Assembly (NCBI GenBank): GCA_011109175.1
Contig: RDEW01000018.1
Coordinates: 1,112,372-1,176,371, forward strand
DNA from: Dicyema japonicum
Lineage: Eukaryota; Animalia; Dicyemida
Reading direction: 5' to 3'
Length of the DNA stretch: 64,000 nucleotides
Every line of letters starts with the position of its first letter. Within the stretch, counting starts at the first letter, position 1. The notes below the pieces were generated by a model. The model saw nothing but the letters and a program-made list of their open reading frames with translations. It was not told the origin of the DNA and made no database searches. Made by a program: the position numbers and the translations under genes. This document shows positions 1 through 11,739 of the stretch, one piece after another.

Positions 1-140
1 CATGGATTCACTTCCAGGGAACACTTTATGTGAGTTCACTCACAATCGCACGTACATGTTCCTTTTGTGATTGGAAGTTCATGGTCACGTGGTTTTCATC
101 TTGGTTGTTGCCATCATCTCCATTATATATTCCTCAAAGT

Positions 141-320
141 TTAGCTTTGACGTAGTCTAATAAGTCCTGGACCAATTCCTGATGGTTCCGGGCTCGAGTC
201 TCGCTGCTGTCCATTTTGGCCAAAAGTTCTACGATGCCCATGGGATTGAAGACTGACGCCGTAATCAGATACCTCACAGTGGAACCAGATTATGTACATC
301 CCTCTAACGATTAGATACCT
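141..320 (+). mobile_element. tRNA-derived SINE copy (family A)
   Basis: B-box-like GGTTCCGGGCTCGAGTCTCGCTGCTGTCCA head plus a body shared with copies at 405-600(-), 31240-31410 and 57915-58110. Confidence 0.6.
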
Positions 321-404
321 CGAATATTTTTTGCTCAAATAAAGTATGCATTCGGAGATAAGTGACTGACGTCAAAACTTAATTATCCCTTCCCCAACGA
401 TAGT

Positions 405-600
405 AATGTTTCTTCTTCTTGTGTGAGAGTCTTTGAGACAATTTGGTTCCGCAGTGATGAATCGCTGATTACGACGTCAGTCTTCAATCCCATGGGCATC
501 GTAGAACCTTCAACCGAAGTGGACAGCAGCGTGATTAGAACCCGGAACCTTCGACCGAAATGGATAGAAGCGAGAATCGGACCCGGAACCATCAGTAATT
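405..600 (-). mobile_element. tRNA-derived SINE copy (family A), duplicated head, (GAA)n-like tail
   Basis: Reverse complement of 466-553 aligns with 181-270 (TTCTACGATGCCCATGGGATTGAAGACTGAC identical); tail CAAGAAGAAGAAAC. Confidence 0.6.
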
Positions 601-1236
601 AGTCCTGCATTTATTACACTACGTCATAACTAGGGCAGTTTTTTATGGCAACTACAATTTCTAAAAATGGGATCCGATACAGTTCAACAGCGTCAGTGAT
701 CTGCTTCCAAGATAAACAAACACATGTTATTCAGAACACTTTGCTAAGTACGGCAAAGTTTATCAGCTTATAGGGATCAGACTCAGAAATTTAGGAGCCC
801 CAATTAACAATTAAATTTTAAATTTAGTTCTTAAATATTTAGTTCTTTTAATGTAAATTGTGATTTCGATCCTGGAATTACAAGGAATAGTGTTCTTACA
901 CGTGTTTAATATTTTATTTTTTATTAAAATAATTAATTAGAAGTAAAATGACCTTTATGGAAACTAAAACCGATTATGGCATTTAAAAACAAAAATGGCA
1001 AAATCGCATCTATAACTTCGTAAAGATAAAACATTTTTAATTAATTTTATATAATTTAACTTATTAATAAACCCTTTCTTTACAAATGGCATTTTATGGC
1101 AAAAATGGCACTAGTCATAACTAAACTAACAATGATTTATTAAAAATGTATATAAAAGTTGATTTTTTTTAGAAATAAATTAAAGATTAATAAATAAGAA
1201 TTTATAAATAATTTAAAAGACAATAAATTAATAAAA

Positions 1237-4003
1237 TCACGCTGCTTGCATTGAACCGTTTGACCCTACTTTTGTAGCAGATCCTGATGAAGCTCTGAAA
1301 CTGGTCTCTCGGACGCGCTCGGACGTGACCATTCCTGTGAAGATCCCCAAAGGTGCGAGAACTGCTGTTGCCGAGGCTCTGATCTCCACCATCAAGGATG
1401 TTTTGAAGCCTGACGCCGTTTCTTCGGAATGGGTCAAATTTTTCCTTTTCCCGTCACTCACTCTTGGGATCAGAAGACCAACGGAAGCATCCACTTCTCT
1501 CGCAACGAATATCAAAAAGAGAGTTAGACTGTTTCTAAATGAACATAAAATGTCACTTACTGCTTTAAAATCAACTCAAATTGCACCCCGGAGTTCAAAG
1601 CGTCCGAAAACGGAGGAACTTCGCTTAATAAAGAAACTAATCAGGATGAAACTTATGGAAGGCGATATTCGCGGTGCTGTACGGCTATTAGTTTGTGATC
1701 CTGGGACACTTAAAAACACCCTGAAACGCTCATGTCTTTACGAGAAAAACACCCCGGATCCCCCGAAGACTTGAGAACTATAAAACCTTTCCACGAGGAA
1801 CAATTGCTCGCCTCTAACGAAGATATAATCACCTCCCTGCGTTCATTTCGTCCTAGTAGTGGAGGTGGTATTGATGGCTTGAGACCCGGTCACCTACGTG
1901 ATCTCACAGCTCCAATGATGGGATCTGTCGGAAAGGATCTTTCGAATGTTATTTGCGAACTGATCAACAAAATTCTTTCTGGATGTTTGTCTCCTTTCGG
2001 TCGAGATATGTTATTTTCTGCTAATCTTGTTGCTCTCCGAAAGCCTGACGGCGGTGTCAGACCGATTGCTATTGGAAACGTGTTCAGGAGACTTGCAGCT
2101 AAAGTCGCTTGCTTTTCTGGGGTTCAAAGATTACTTCCTATTTTCAGTCCTATACAGATGGGCGTTGGAGTTCGTGGCGGTGCAGAGGCTTGTGTCCACG
2201 CAGTGAGGAGTTTTTTCACGTCGTCGTCCGAATGCAAAGAGGACGTTGTTGTCTGCAAAGTAGATCTTAAGAACGCATTTAATTCCATAAGGAGAGATCA
2301 TTTATTGGAGTTATGCCAAAAAAATTTACCACATATTTGGGAGATTGTTCGCCTTTCATATTCTAATCCATCATCATTGGTTTTCCACGATGCCATCATT
2401 AAATCACGAACTGGTGTTCAACAAGGCGACCCACTTGGACCTCTTCTCTTTGCTTTGGGGATCCAGGAGTAGCCGCATGCTTAAAATCACCTTTAAATTT
2501 ATGGTATTTGGATGACGGAATCATTGGTGGACATCCAGATACAGTTTTGGAGGACGTGCGTCGTTTGATATCTGAATTCGAAGCGATTGGCCTTTCTGTC
2601 AACAAGGCCAAATGTGAATTAATCAAGATCAATTTGAGTCCCGATCTGACTACTTTCTACAATGACCAGTTTAAATACACTCTCGAAAATTATGCATCGG
2701 TTCCAGTTGGGGAGTCTCTGTTCCTCGGTTCTCCTATATTCGAAGACCAAATTGTGGACGTGTTTAAAGAAAGGACAATAGAGCTCGGTACTTTTGAGAC
2801 CCGTTTGCGGCATGTTGACAACCATATTGCCCTCTTCCTATTGAGAAACTGCTTGTCCATTCCAAGATTAAACTATTTACTAAGGACTGCACCATGTTAT
2901 AAGTGTGATTCCCTTTTAATGGAATACTCTGATTGCCTCAAAAGATGTACTGAATTCGTACTTAACGTTTCTCTTGACACCCTGGATGGATACAGACTCA
3001 ATTACCGATATCATTGGGTGGAATCGGTCTTACTACTCCCTGCCAAATTGCTGGCCCGGCGTATTTTGCCTCAAAACTTTCATGCAAAAACCAAGTGGAC
3101 TCAATTCTTTCAAAGCTTCCATCTCGGAAACTGTCCAATGACTTGGTTGAATACATGGACGTGTGGCGAGTGAAGGGCTTAGCGAGCCGCGTAACCAGAC
3201 CAACAATCGTCTTGGATGATCCATAGATGGAATGCTCTGGCATCCAACCTAGTCAGCCGGCTCTCTGGACATCGCCTGGATTGTTTCCAAAATTCGAGGG
3301 AGGCGGTTGATGGATCTTGGCTTGGGGTTTACCCATGTCAAGAAGTTGGTGGATTGTTGGATGATGACTCACTTCGTACAGCTGTATGTCTACACCTCGG
3401 ATTGCCTGTTTGCACCAAATCGAAGTGCAAATGTGGCTGTCTATCGGACGAACTGGGTCTCCACCTCCTCTCATGCCGGAGCGGAATTGGCAGATCTTCT
3501 CGACATTCGGCAATGAACGGCATCATTAAGAGGGCATTAGAATCGGCTGGATTCCGTTGCCGGATCGAACCGACTGGTCTATTTGACAACGGAAGACGCC
3601 CTGACGGCATGACCTCCTTTCCTTTTGAGCGAGGGCGAAACCTTGTATGGGATGTGACCTGTGTCTGCTCTTTCGCCCCAAGCAAAAAAAATATTCACCG
3701 GGCAGACCTTCTTCTCAAGCAGAGGAAGTAAAAATGCTAAATATCGGATATCAGCGACAGGTACATTTTCGCACCTGTCGCGATTGAAACTTCGGGGAAC
3801 TTTGGCCCTAAAACGCTGAAGTTCCTGAACCATTTGGAAAACTACTAACTGACAAAACTGGTGATCTTCGTGAGACGAGATGGCTCAAGGAGAGGCTCTC
3901 GTTGGCTGTTGTCCGTGGGAATAGCTTGTGCATCTCCCAACAGCTGAATTAAAATTAACTATTCTTTTTCCAATAAAATTTAAAATAAAAAAAAAAAAAA
4001 AAA
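1237..4003 (+). mobile_element. CRE/SLACS-clade non-LTR retrotransposon, 5'-truncated, RT + CCHC + RLE endonuclease + poly(A)
   Basis: RPIAIGNVFRRL, DLKNAFNS, GVQQGDPLGPLLF, WYLDDG; CKCG...HLLSC knuckle; RRPDG..WDVTC; A-tail near 3985-4003; read across several frameshifts. Confidence 0.93.
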
Positions 4004-4061
4004 TTAATTTAATTAATGACAGCTTGTTTTGTCTATTAATTCGTTTTGGCAATACTTGTAA

Positions 4062-5561
4062 ATGGAAGAAGATGAGGCAATAAAGTCGACTGAATTGCTG
4101 TCATATAAAGTTAAGTAGCCTTATTATTTTAGGTTACTTCTCCAATCACTCTCTCATCTGTTGCCGCCATGCATGGACCACTCCTCAGAGAATAGCTCAC
4201 TTAAACCGAATTACTTCGACTTATGTCTTCCCCGGACAGACTCTCATTATCAGAAAGCCATGTTCTATCACCCAAGAATCCCAAAAAGTGGACCAACCAG
4301 ATAACCATGCTGTGAGACACTCTATGCACATCAAGGATCCGATCCTCTTCGAATCAAAGGCTAGACACATTACTGCAGACCTGGTTGGGTTTAACACTAA
4401 CATTGGGCTGTGCCGCTGGGAATTTAATTGTTACAGTGAATAATATGTATTTCGACGCAGAATTGGATGACGTTCATGCTTGAATCACGGAGTTGAGATA
4501 TTTCACATTGAAGAAGCTGTTTCCAACCTCGTTTCCCTCTCTTCTTTTTCAAATTTACCTGAAGGTACGTTATTATTATGCGAGATTAGCCATCAGGGGT
4601 TATCACTTCATCACATAATGTATATTTTAGTATTTATGTAGGATATTACTTCCCCCGTGTTGGATCCACCCGGTATATTCGGTCTCTTACCTTTAGCAGA
4701 GCTAATATATATTCGGCTCAGATTTATGGGTACTGACGCTTCCGTGGCAAACGAATTTTGGCTTGAGATTAACCTCCCAATGTATTTTTTTGTTTAATTT
4801 CAGAGGATTTGAGTTTCAGAGACATCTGCTTTTGTCGGCAAACTCTTCGACCTCAGTTGCCCCACAAAGTCACTGAAGACTATCAGAGTTGGTTCTAAAA
4901 CGACGAGTCTCTTTAAAAATGAGTCCGCGATATCCGATTACTATTACACTGACGTCGTCTCTGCCTCCTCATTCGAAAGAGCACAAATAAATAAGGTCAT
5001 TTTATGCTATAATGTAGATTTTTATTCACGTGCCTCCTCGTGTTTGTTGTGAGAATTGGAAGGTGATCTTTTCTACTCATAATGATGGATATTCCCTTAT
5101 GCGACTGATCAGGGCTTACGGAGAGTTTGAGTGCCCTTCTCTACTTGTAATCCAGGACACTCATAATAAGGTACCTTTAATGGGAGAATGTGGGTCTTTG
5201 GAATTTATCTGTCTCACCCTCTGAGACCATGTAAGTCGTTTTATGGTACGGGAGAGACTTATTTGTTTAGCTTTCATCCAACTTTTAGGGTTTATTAGTG
5301 TTATTGTAGATCTTCCGATGGTCAGGGGGAATTATTATTTCATTAAGTGCAGTAACGATGAACTCATATTTGGAATGTCAGAGTGGGTTGTTTGTTGGAA
5401 TTGGTAGTGGGTTCTACGGACTGTGGATTGACAATGATCTTTGTAATGGGACTACGATACCTTGCAGGACTTTTGACAGTGAATGTCTCACGGTTTCTTC
5501 TGATTTTGTCATCAAAAACCTTGAGATATGGAGTTTCTCTTCTATGCGTGATTACTTTTAG
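4062..5561 (+). CDS. OXR1: OXR1/NCOA7-family LysM-GRAM-TLDc protein (multi-exon, indel errors)
   Basis: LysM TTPQRIAHLNRITSTYVFPGQTLII; GRAM-like GNLIVTVNNMYFD; TLDc FYGTGETYLFSF, LWIDNDL, LEIWSF; introns 4110-4132 (23 nt), about 5291-5310 and about 5381-5405. Confidence 0.88.
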
Positions 5562-6479
5562 CTTTTAAAATGTCTTATGCCCTTATATTGAGTGAAAGTC
5601 AATTAAATTGCCATAAAAATTAAACTGCGACCTAATATTTGACCTAAAAATGAAAAGCTATTTAATTTTTATTTGCTAAAACACAAAATTAGATATATTT
5701 ACTGCTTATCAGTCTAAATCACCGTGTGAAAAAATTAAAACTGATTGGCGTTATAAAAATAGAAGACACGAGTCCCCCTTTTCGGAGGAAAAGCGAAATT
5801 TTTAATTTTGTCTAAAAACGTAATTGGTGTTGCAAGGGACAAAAAACTTGTGTACTGACTGTTGCAGTATTATTATTACTTGCAGAATTACTGGGTCAAA
5901 GTGAATGAAATAAAAATTCTCAACCAAGTGATTTCAGACCGACAAGGGACGAGTTCGGCGGGATTGTGAATCCTGTACAACTTTTTTCATTCCCCTAAGT
6001 ACGGGGTGTCAAACATGCGGACCTTGACAAGCATAAGTGCATCCCGATTTAAAGGCTATAAAACACAAAAAATCTTACAAGAGACAAAGAATGCTATTGG
6101 ATACGAACCTTTGGAAACTACCGGATTATTTTACTCCCATCAGACAATCGTCATGACCCCGTAATAAGAGAATTGTCGGAACAGCAGAAGGAAACACGTT
6201 CGAAACTGGAAAGTTCAAATTCAAACGAACTAACTCCTCGATACTGACTCGTTCCAGCATTCCAGAACTTGTCATCAGGTAACTACGTTGTCCCCGGGGA
6301 AGTATTGTTAGATCCTCTTGATGCCGGCAGGCATTGGGCGCCTCCTCAGTAAGGTGGCTCCAGTGACGCCATCGGAAGGAAAATAATTTTGAAAAACTAT
6401 CCACGTAGCTCCACATGGCGCCATGAGATTTTTAAAACTCTTGTTGCCTGAAGAGTTTTATGTTAACCTAGGTTCTAGT

Positions 6480-7145
6480 TGTAATACATTGGACAAGTTA
6501 GAGGAATGGGGCTAATTACTGGATCTTTCATTAGAAAAATGTGTGAAATGTGAAGGGAATTTAAAATACGCATAAAAATAGACAGAAAAAGACAAAGTAC
6601 TTCAGGCTTTGTATAAAATGTTGAAATGAAACAGGCCTTTATAATAATAGCTTTTTTCCTATCAATAGGAGAATGGTGAAAACTAGTCAATTAGAAGGAA
6701 ATAATGGACATGGGGAGACCGAGAGCAGACCCACAGTTATAAACTGGTCAAACTTCGAAAAGGACTGAGAGAGTTGTAGAAATCGATGAGAGTCTAGGAG
6801 AGGGAGAAAGGAAAATCATCAGGAAAAGATGCTGATAGGTGATCTCATTAAGGGCGACCGGATGAAAAATCTTGAAATAACTTTGTAGAGAGGATTGACG
6901 GCCCTTGAGTGTTCGGTATGATCCAGCGTGGAACAAGACGGAAAAAACTCTTTTATGTATTAAATAGAAAGGGGGAACTTTACTACCTATCCTAAAAGAG
7001 AATGTGGATAGTGAAACGGCTATTTATAGTGATAAATGGGCTGCTTATGCTACTTTAAAACAAGCAATTGCAAGTCATGGCTGGGTAATGGTTAATTTTA
7101 TTGACCCCAATGACAGTAATATTCAAACAAATCGAATTAAAATAT
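6480..7145 (+). mobile_element. Merlin/IS1016-like (ISXO2) DDE transposase remnant
   Basis: KCVKCEG ribbon; VVEIDESL; RNNFVERIDGP..VFGM; TLLPILKENVDSETAIYSDKWAAYATL; NFIDPNDSNIQTNRI; stops and frameshifts. Confidence 0.8.
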
Positions 7146-7149
7146 GACT

Positions 7150-9575
7150 GCTCATTTACTATAATTGTTTAAGGGCACTATTAGTGCTTAGTGGGTATTA
7201 CACTGCACAGTACCATAGTTTTTCTCCTTTTGCAACGTTTTACATTTTCTGGCAGGAGCCTCTGAGATAAGATGATTAGTCACTCTTGTAACTCATCATC
7301 ATAGTTATCAACTTTCAGCCAATGTCTATGCTCGATTATCATTCTCTCTAAAGTTTTTTTAAGCGTCATTGATTCGATGTACGCCCTTGTAGAGACATCC
7401 ACGTTGAGTCTTTCCATATAGGACTTGTAGTACTTTGTTACTACTCCATCCCATGTCAAAACAATCGGAATTATTGTCACCTTGGCCTTGTGAATTTGTG
7501 CTAGTTCTCTTGCCAGAAGGTCGTATTTGTGGAGTTTTTCCACTTCAACATGTTTTAGCAAATCTTGGGAAGTGATCTCTACTTCTATTAGTATTATTTC
7601 GTTTTTGCATTTATCGTGTACGAAAATATCAGGTTTGTTATTTTTAACTTGTATATCCGTTTGTAGTGTTGTATCGACTCCCATTTCAACTTTACTGTGA
7701 CACAATCAATTGGACTGTATGCATCTTTACCCTCTTGGTTCTTTTTATTCCAAATTGACGACATTGTTGCAGGTGCATACATTTCCATTTCGTCATGTTG
7801 TCGCACCGCTAAGCATCCTGGTACATCGTGTAGCCAAGTGATCCACACTTTTTTGGCCATACCACAATGACTGCAATTTGCTTTCATCTCTTCAAAGAAC
7901 AGATTCCGATCCTGCATCATGCAGTACATTGCTTCCGACCTTGGACTAATGTTTCCCCAGTAAGCCATTCTGTTGATCATTGATGTCGACATTTTTTTCA
8001 AAACACTTTAATATTATTGAATGAAGCAATTTCTGATTAGCCTTCTCTAAATAATTCTTCTTTTGATATTCCTTTATAATGTCAGTGTTCAAGTTAGATA
8101 GGTCACATTGTATTTGAGTGCAATAAATCTTGCGATAGTGGTCATAAGTCCTGCAAGATTCCTGTCCTTCGAAAACACATGGAAGATTTCCTCTCAAGGT
8201 CGGTCATCAAAAATTGAAATAACATGCATTCACTCTTATCAGGAGGTAATCCTCTTCCAAAACTATTCTGCTGAGATATAATCTTTCTTTGTTAGCAGGT
8301 TTTAAGTGCACTCGTAAGTTGGAGGCCGGATTTCTAAATCAATAGCTTCGAATTCACGTGGTTCAATGTCGATAAGCCCAATATAATAATTATATAGCGA
8401 GAGTGCGTATTCATTGTCGCTTTAAACAAGTTTACAGTGTTTAATTTCGAATTCGCCTATCTTTTCTTCACATTTTCAGCAATTTTTTCTATAACTTTAT
8501 CTTTCATAACCTTACTCCCTTTATCTTCTAACACTCCAAGATAGCGATATCCCTCACAACCATCCAGATAACTTGTATCTTTGGCACATTTCAGATTAGT
8601 TGCAGACTTTTCAGAGTTTCTTTTAAGGCCAACAATACCCGGATATTCATCAATATCCTCCATCATTTTTAGAATAATATCCTCATATTCGGCAATTATT
8701 TTCAGTTCGTTAATAAAAAGAAAATGGTTAGTTGCATATGTCATAGACAACTCTGATCAATCATATCTTCGGGAATTTTATATTTAATATTCGGCTTAGT
8801 GGGTCCATTACCAGAGAAAACAGCTGGGAAGAGAGTGAGTCTCCTTGCACGATTCCTCTCCCGAGTTTGACCTTTCCAATTCTTTTTTGTTAAGGTTCAA
8901 AATAACATTCCACTTGCTTATTAGATTCTTGAGAAACTTCACAATCCATTCAGGCTCCAGAGCAATCAAGAACCAGACACAAAAATTCATGATTGAAAAA
9001 ATCGAAAGCCTTCTTCACATCAATACATGTTGTGAATAAGCTATTTCCATGTTCAGCATTAACACACTGATTTATTAAAGCCTGCTCATTTGCACCTTGG
9101 CATTGCCTTCTTGCTTCAAGCTGATTATCCGAGATAAGATTGAACCCTTCAATATAATCTGTAAGTTTTGTATTAACACATTTTGTGACATGTTTGTGCA
9201 ATATAGGCATGCACGTAATTGGTCGTATGTCAGTCGGAGAACAGCAGTCTTCTTTTTTCGGAATGAGGTACGTAATCACAGTATAGAACCATTCTTCCGG
9301 GCAATATTCACCACTCACTATCTTTATAATCTCTCCACTCAGATAACTATGAAGAGAATCAAACTTCTTGACAAAAAATCCATATACTCCATCACAGCAA
9401 GAGCTCTTCCAATCAGGCTTATAGTGAATAATGTTCTTAACAAACTCAACTGTCATATCTAACGATAACTCATCTGCTCCTGTTATTCGCCACCCAACAA
9501 TATTTCTGTGAGAATAATTCTGATCCTTTTCCCATAGGATTTGTTTGCAAACTGAAAACAGACATACACACAACC
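7150..9575 (-). mobile_element. Degenerate RLE-type (R2/R4-group, microsporidian-like) non-LTR retrotransposon
   Basis: IRPITCMPILHK, IDVKKAFD, RGIVQGDSLS, NHFLFINELK (decayed YxDD), CSHC..VDHLATRC knuckle, NNKPDIFV..IILIEV..EKLHKYDLLA..IIPIVLTWDG. Confidence 0.88.
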
Positions 9576-10291
9576 ACTAGAACAAAAACTATAATAAATT
9601 ATATTAATATTCTTTATTTAATTATTAATTTTTAAATGACTACAACATAACTTAAATATAAAAAGTTGACATAACAAATAAAAATTGACTTTATTGTCTT
9701 TCGGTTGCCCTATTCACAAGTCTTCTAGTGACTTGACCCTTGAGAGAATCTTGATATCTTATACGTCGAATAATAATTTCCATTATGTGTATCAGGAGAT
9801 CTAACAAGGGCGTGTGTTGTGGTTGTCAGTAACATACGTAAAATCATGTTAACTATCCCCCAATGCCTGCAAAGTTTCACGAGTGATCTTCTATTTTACT
9901 CAATTACGCTGGGACGATATTCGAACCTAGATCCTGAGTGGAGCCAACATTTCCTTCGTTTAGAACTTCCGGATTCCTATGTTCGGGAGAAGGACGACAA
10001 TGGTTCTCGTGGATGTTTCGTGCGGTAAAAATACATCACATTTTTAAGACCAATTTTCCTGGTTTCCATGTCTCTGAATCCTTCTGACCATATAACTTCC
10101 TTTTCAATTGGCTTCTAACTGAATGAGTAATTTTTTAAAAAGCAGAAATAATGGCTAGAGACAGTGAGATTGCCGCGGACAATGGCTGTTCTCAGGCTGC
10201 CAAATTATTGATTCGATGGAACTAAAGTGAAGCTTCCATAACCATATAATTATTATCCATTAATTATTAAATTATATTAGTCTTGTTAGAA

Positions 10292-11627
10292 TTAATAGTC
10301 GTCCACTTTCAGGTCATTCCTTAAATTCATGCATTGGACCTCGTCGATGAATATTGTGTTCTCCTTTATTGAAATTTCCTCCTCAATTCTTCTCTGGTTC
10401 TCATAAGAGTTCGTTCTGAGCATTCCAAACTGTGACAACTGCTCCCAAGTTTGCCAATAGATTCCCTCAGTTGGTAACCTCGAATAACAATCCCAGTCAA
10501 CCTCTTCAATGAGTTTGTAATATGCACTGTCTCTGCACAACTCAACCTGCTGTCTTTGGTCTCTTTTTCCCATTCGAGTAATGGCCACTGTCAGAGGCTC
10601 TTCCTTTTCTTGAATTGCATTTTTCAGACATTCTATCGTTTTGTAAGTTTGCCTGATTTGATTTTTAACCTGAAATTAATTTTTGACCACCTCAAATAGT
10701 TCCGATTCAAGTTTCCCCTTCGCATTCTTGGTTTCCTCGATGGAATGCCAGAATGCCTCATTTACCGCGTTAATTTGATTTTGTATGTCACTTCTCGCCT
10801 GGGATATTATGTTTGTCACCATTAGACGAAGCTGTGCTGAGGAATATGTCTCATTTTGAGTACTCCGGATGCAACTCAGACAATCCGCATGCCAGTCCTC
10901 TACGGAATAATGACTTTGTTATAGCACATCAAACTCATCTGGTTGACGGACCCTTAATTTCGGAGATTGGTTGCTCAAACAATTGGTAGGAATTTGACAG
11001 AGGGAGTCGATCGCTATGGCATCCTCTTTCTTGGTTATATTCAACTCCAACTCATATTTTATTTTTTTATTTAATCTTCAATCAGGGACCAGCAAACCTT
11101 AGCTGTTCGACCACGTTTTCTAATGTCTTGTACAGTAATCCTTTCGCTCCAATTATCACGTCCGACTCCTTGTAGAGTTCTTTTTGAACGTCATCGTGAA
11201 CCAAGTCGATCCCAACTCTGTCGTTTCTAAAGCTAATTGTGAATCAGTTCCTGTGCTCCAAACATTTTTGTGTGGTGCTGATTGGATCTGCAATTCTGTT
11301 GAGAGCCTTGTCGAGTCGATTCCTCACGGCCTCCATTAAATGGATTTCCTGGGAAATGGCTGTGTGCTGGTTTTTTAGTTCATCGTTCCAGTAACTCAGA
11401 TCTCCCAGTCGTTGATCTCAAATATTTACATTGATCACCAAGTTTCTTGGAAACATCAGATTGGGTGTTTTCTGTATTGGCTTTAGCATCTTTGATTAGT
11501 CTGTAGGCTTCTTCCAACAAATGGTCATTCCTTGCTCTGCTATTTTCGGCCGTTCCGTGACATTTTAGGTTGTAAATTTCCCTCTCACTGTTTGTGTATG
11601 TTTGGGGGACGACACCAGTTCTGCCAT
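10292..11627 (-). CDS. TEKT1: Tektin-1
   Basis: TQSDVSKKL, RVGIDLVHDDVQKEL, tektin signature RQQVELCRD, C-terminal EEEISIKENTIFIDEVQCM (TEKT1-like); 22-25 nt introns; homopolymer frameshifts. Confidence 0.88.
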
Positions 11628-11739
11628 ATTTTGTTCCCTGGAAACAATATTGATAATCTTAAATATAAACTTACAAAAATATAATCAAAAAATTAATAAG
11701 CTTATGTCCCTAATTTTGTATTCCTTCTAAAGCTAACCT

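Noticed and set aside
1284-1305. CTGATGA..GAAAC hammerhead-like core
   Set aside because: Stem II cannot form properly and the stretch is coding (DPDEALKL) in the CRE ORF; other CTGATGA/CTGACGA sites (22590, 31350, 33990, 46051, 58030) lack a correctly placed GAAA.
1732-3731. Programmed ribosomal frameshifting in the CRE element or host genes (NK2, OXR1, TEKT1, BRI3)
   Set aside because: Shifts fall in homopolymers or lack slippery-site plus structure context, and they occur in all gene classes, consistent with noisy assembly.
4384-4405. Apparent non-canonical introns (GT..TG here, GT..GG at 5171-5193, GA..AG in TEKT1 near 11225-11250)
   Set aside because: Each is one base from canonical, and the same genes show 1-nt homopolymer indels, so assembly error is more parsimonious; needs read polishing.
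5760-6420. Zinc-finger gene (CESC..CQTC)
   Set aside because: Cys pairs overlap the dispersed repeat shared with 24150-24240, and no consistent exon model could be built.
9720-10240. Possible gene downstream of tektin; likewise 15400-16000, 35000-35480, 42450-42720 and 58850-59200
   Set aside because: Coding-like composition but no recognisable motif or consistent frame.
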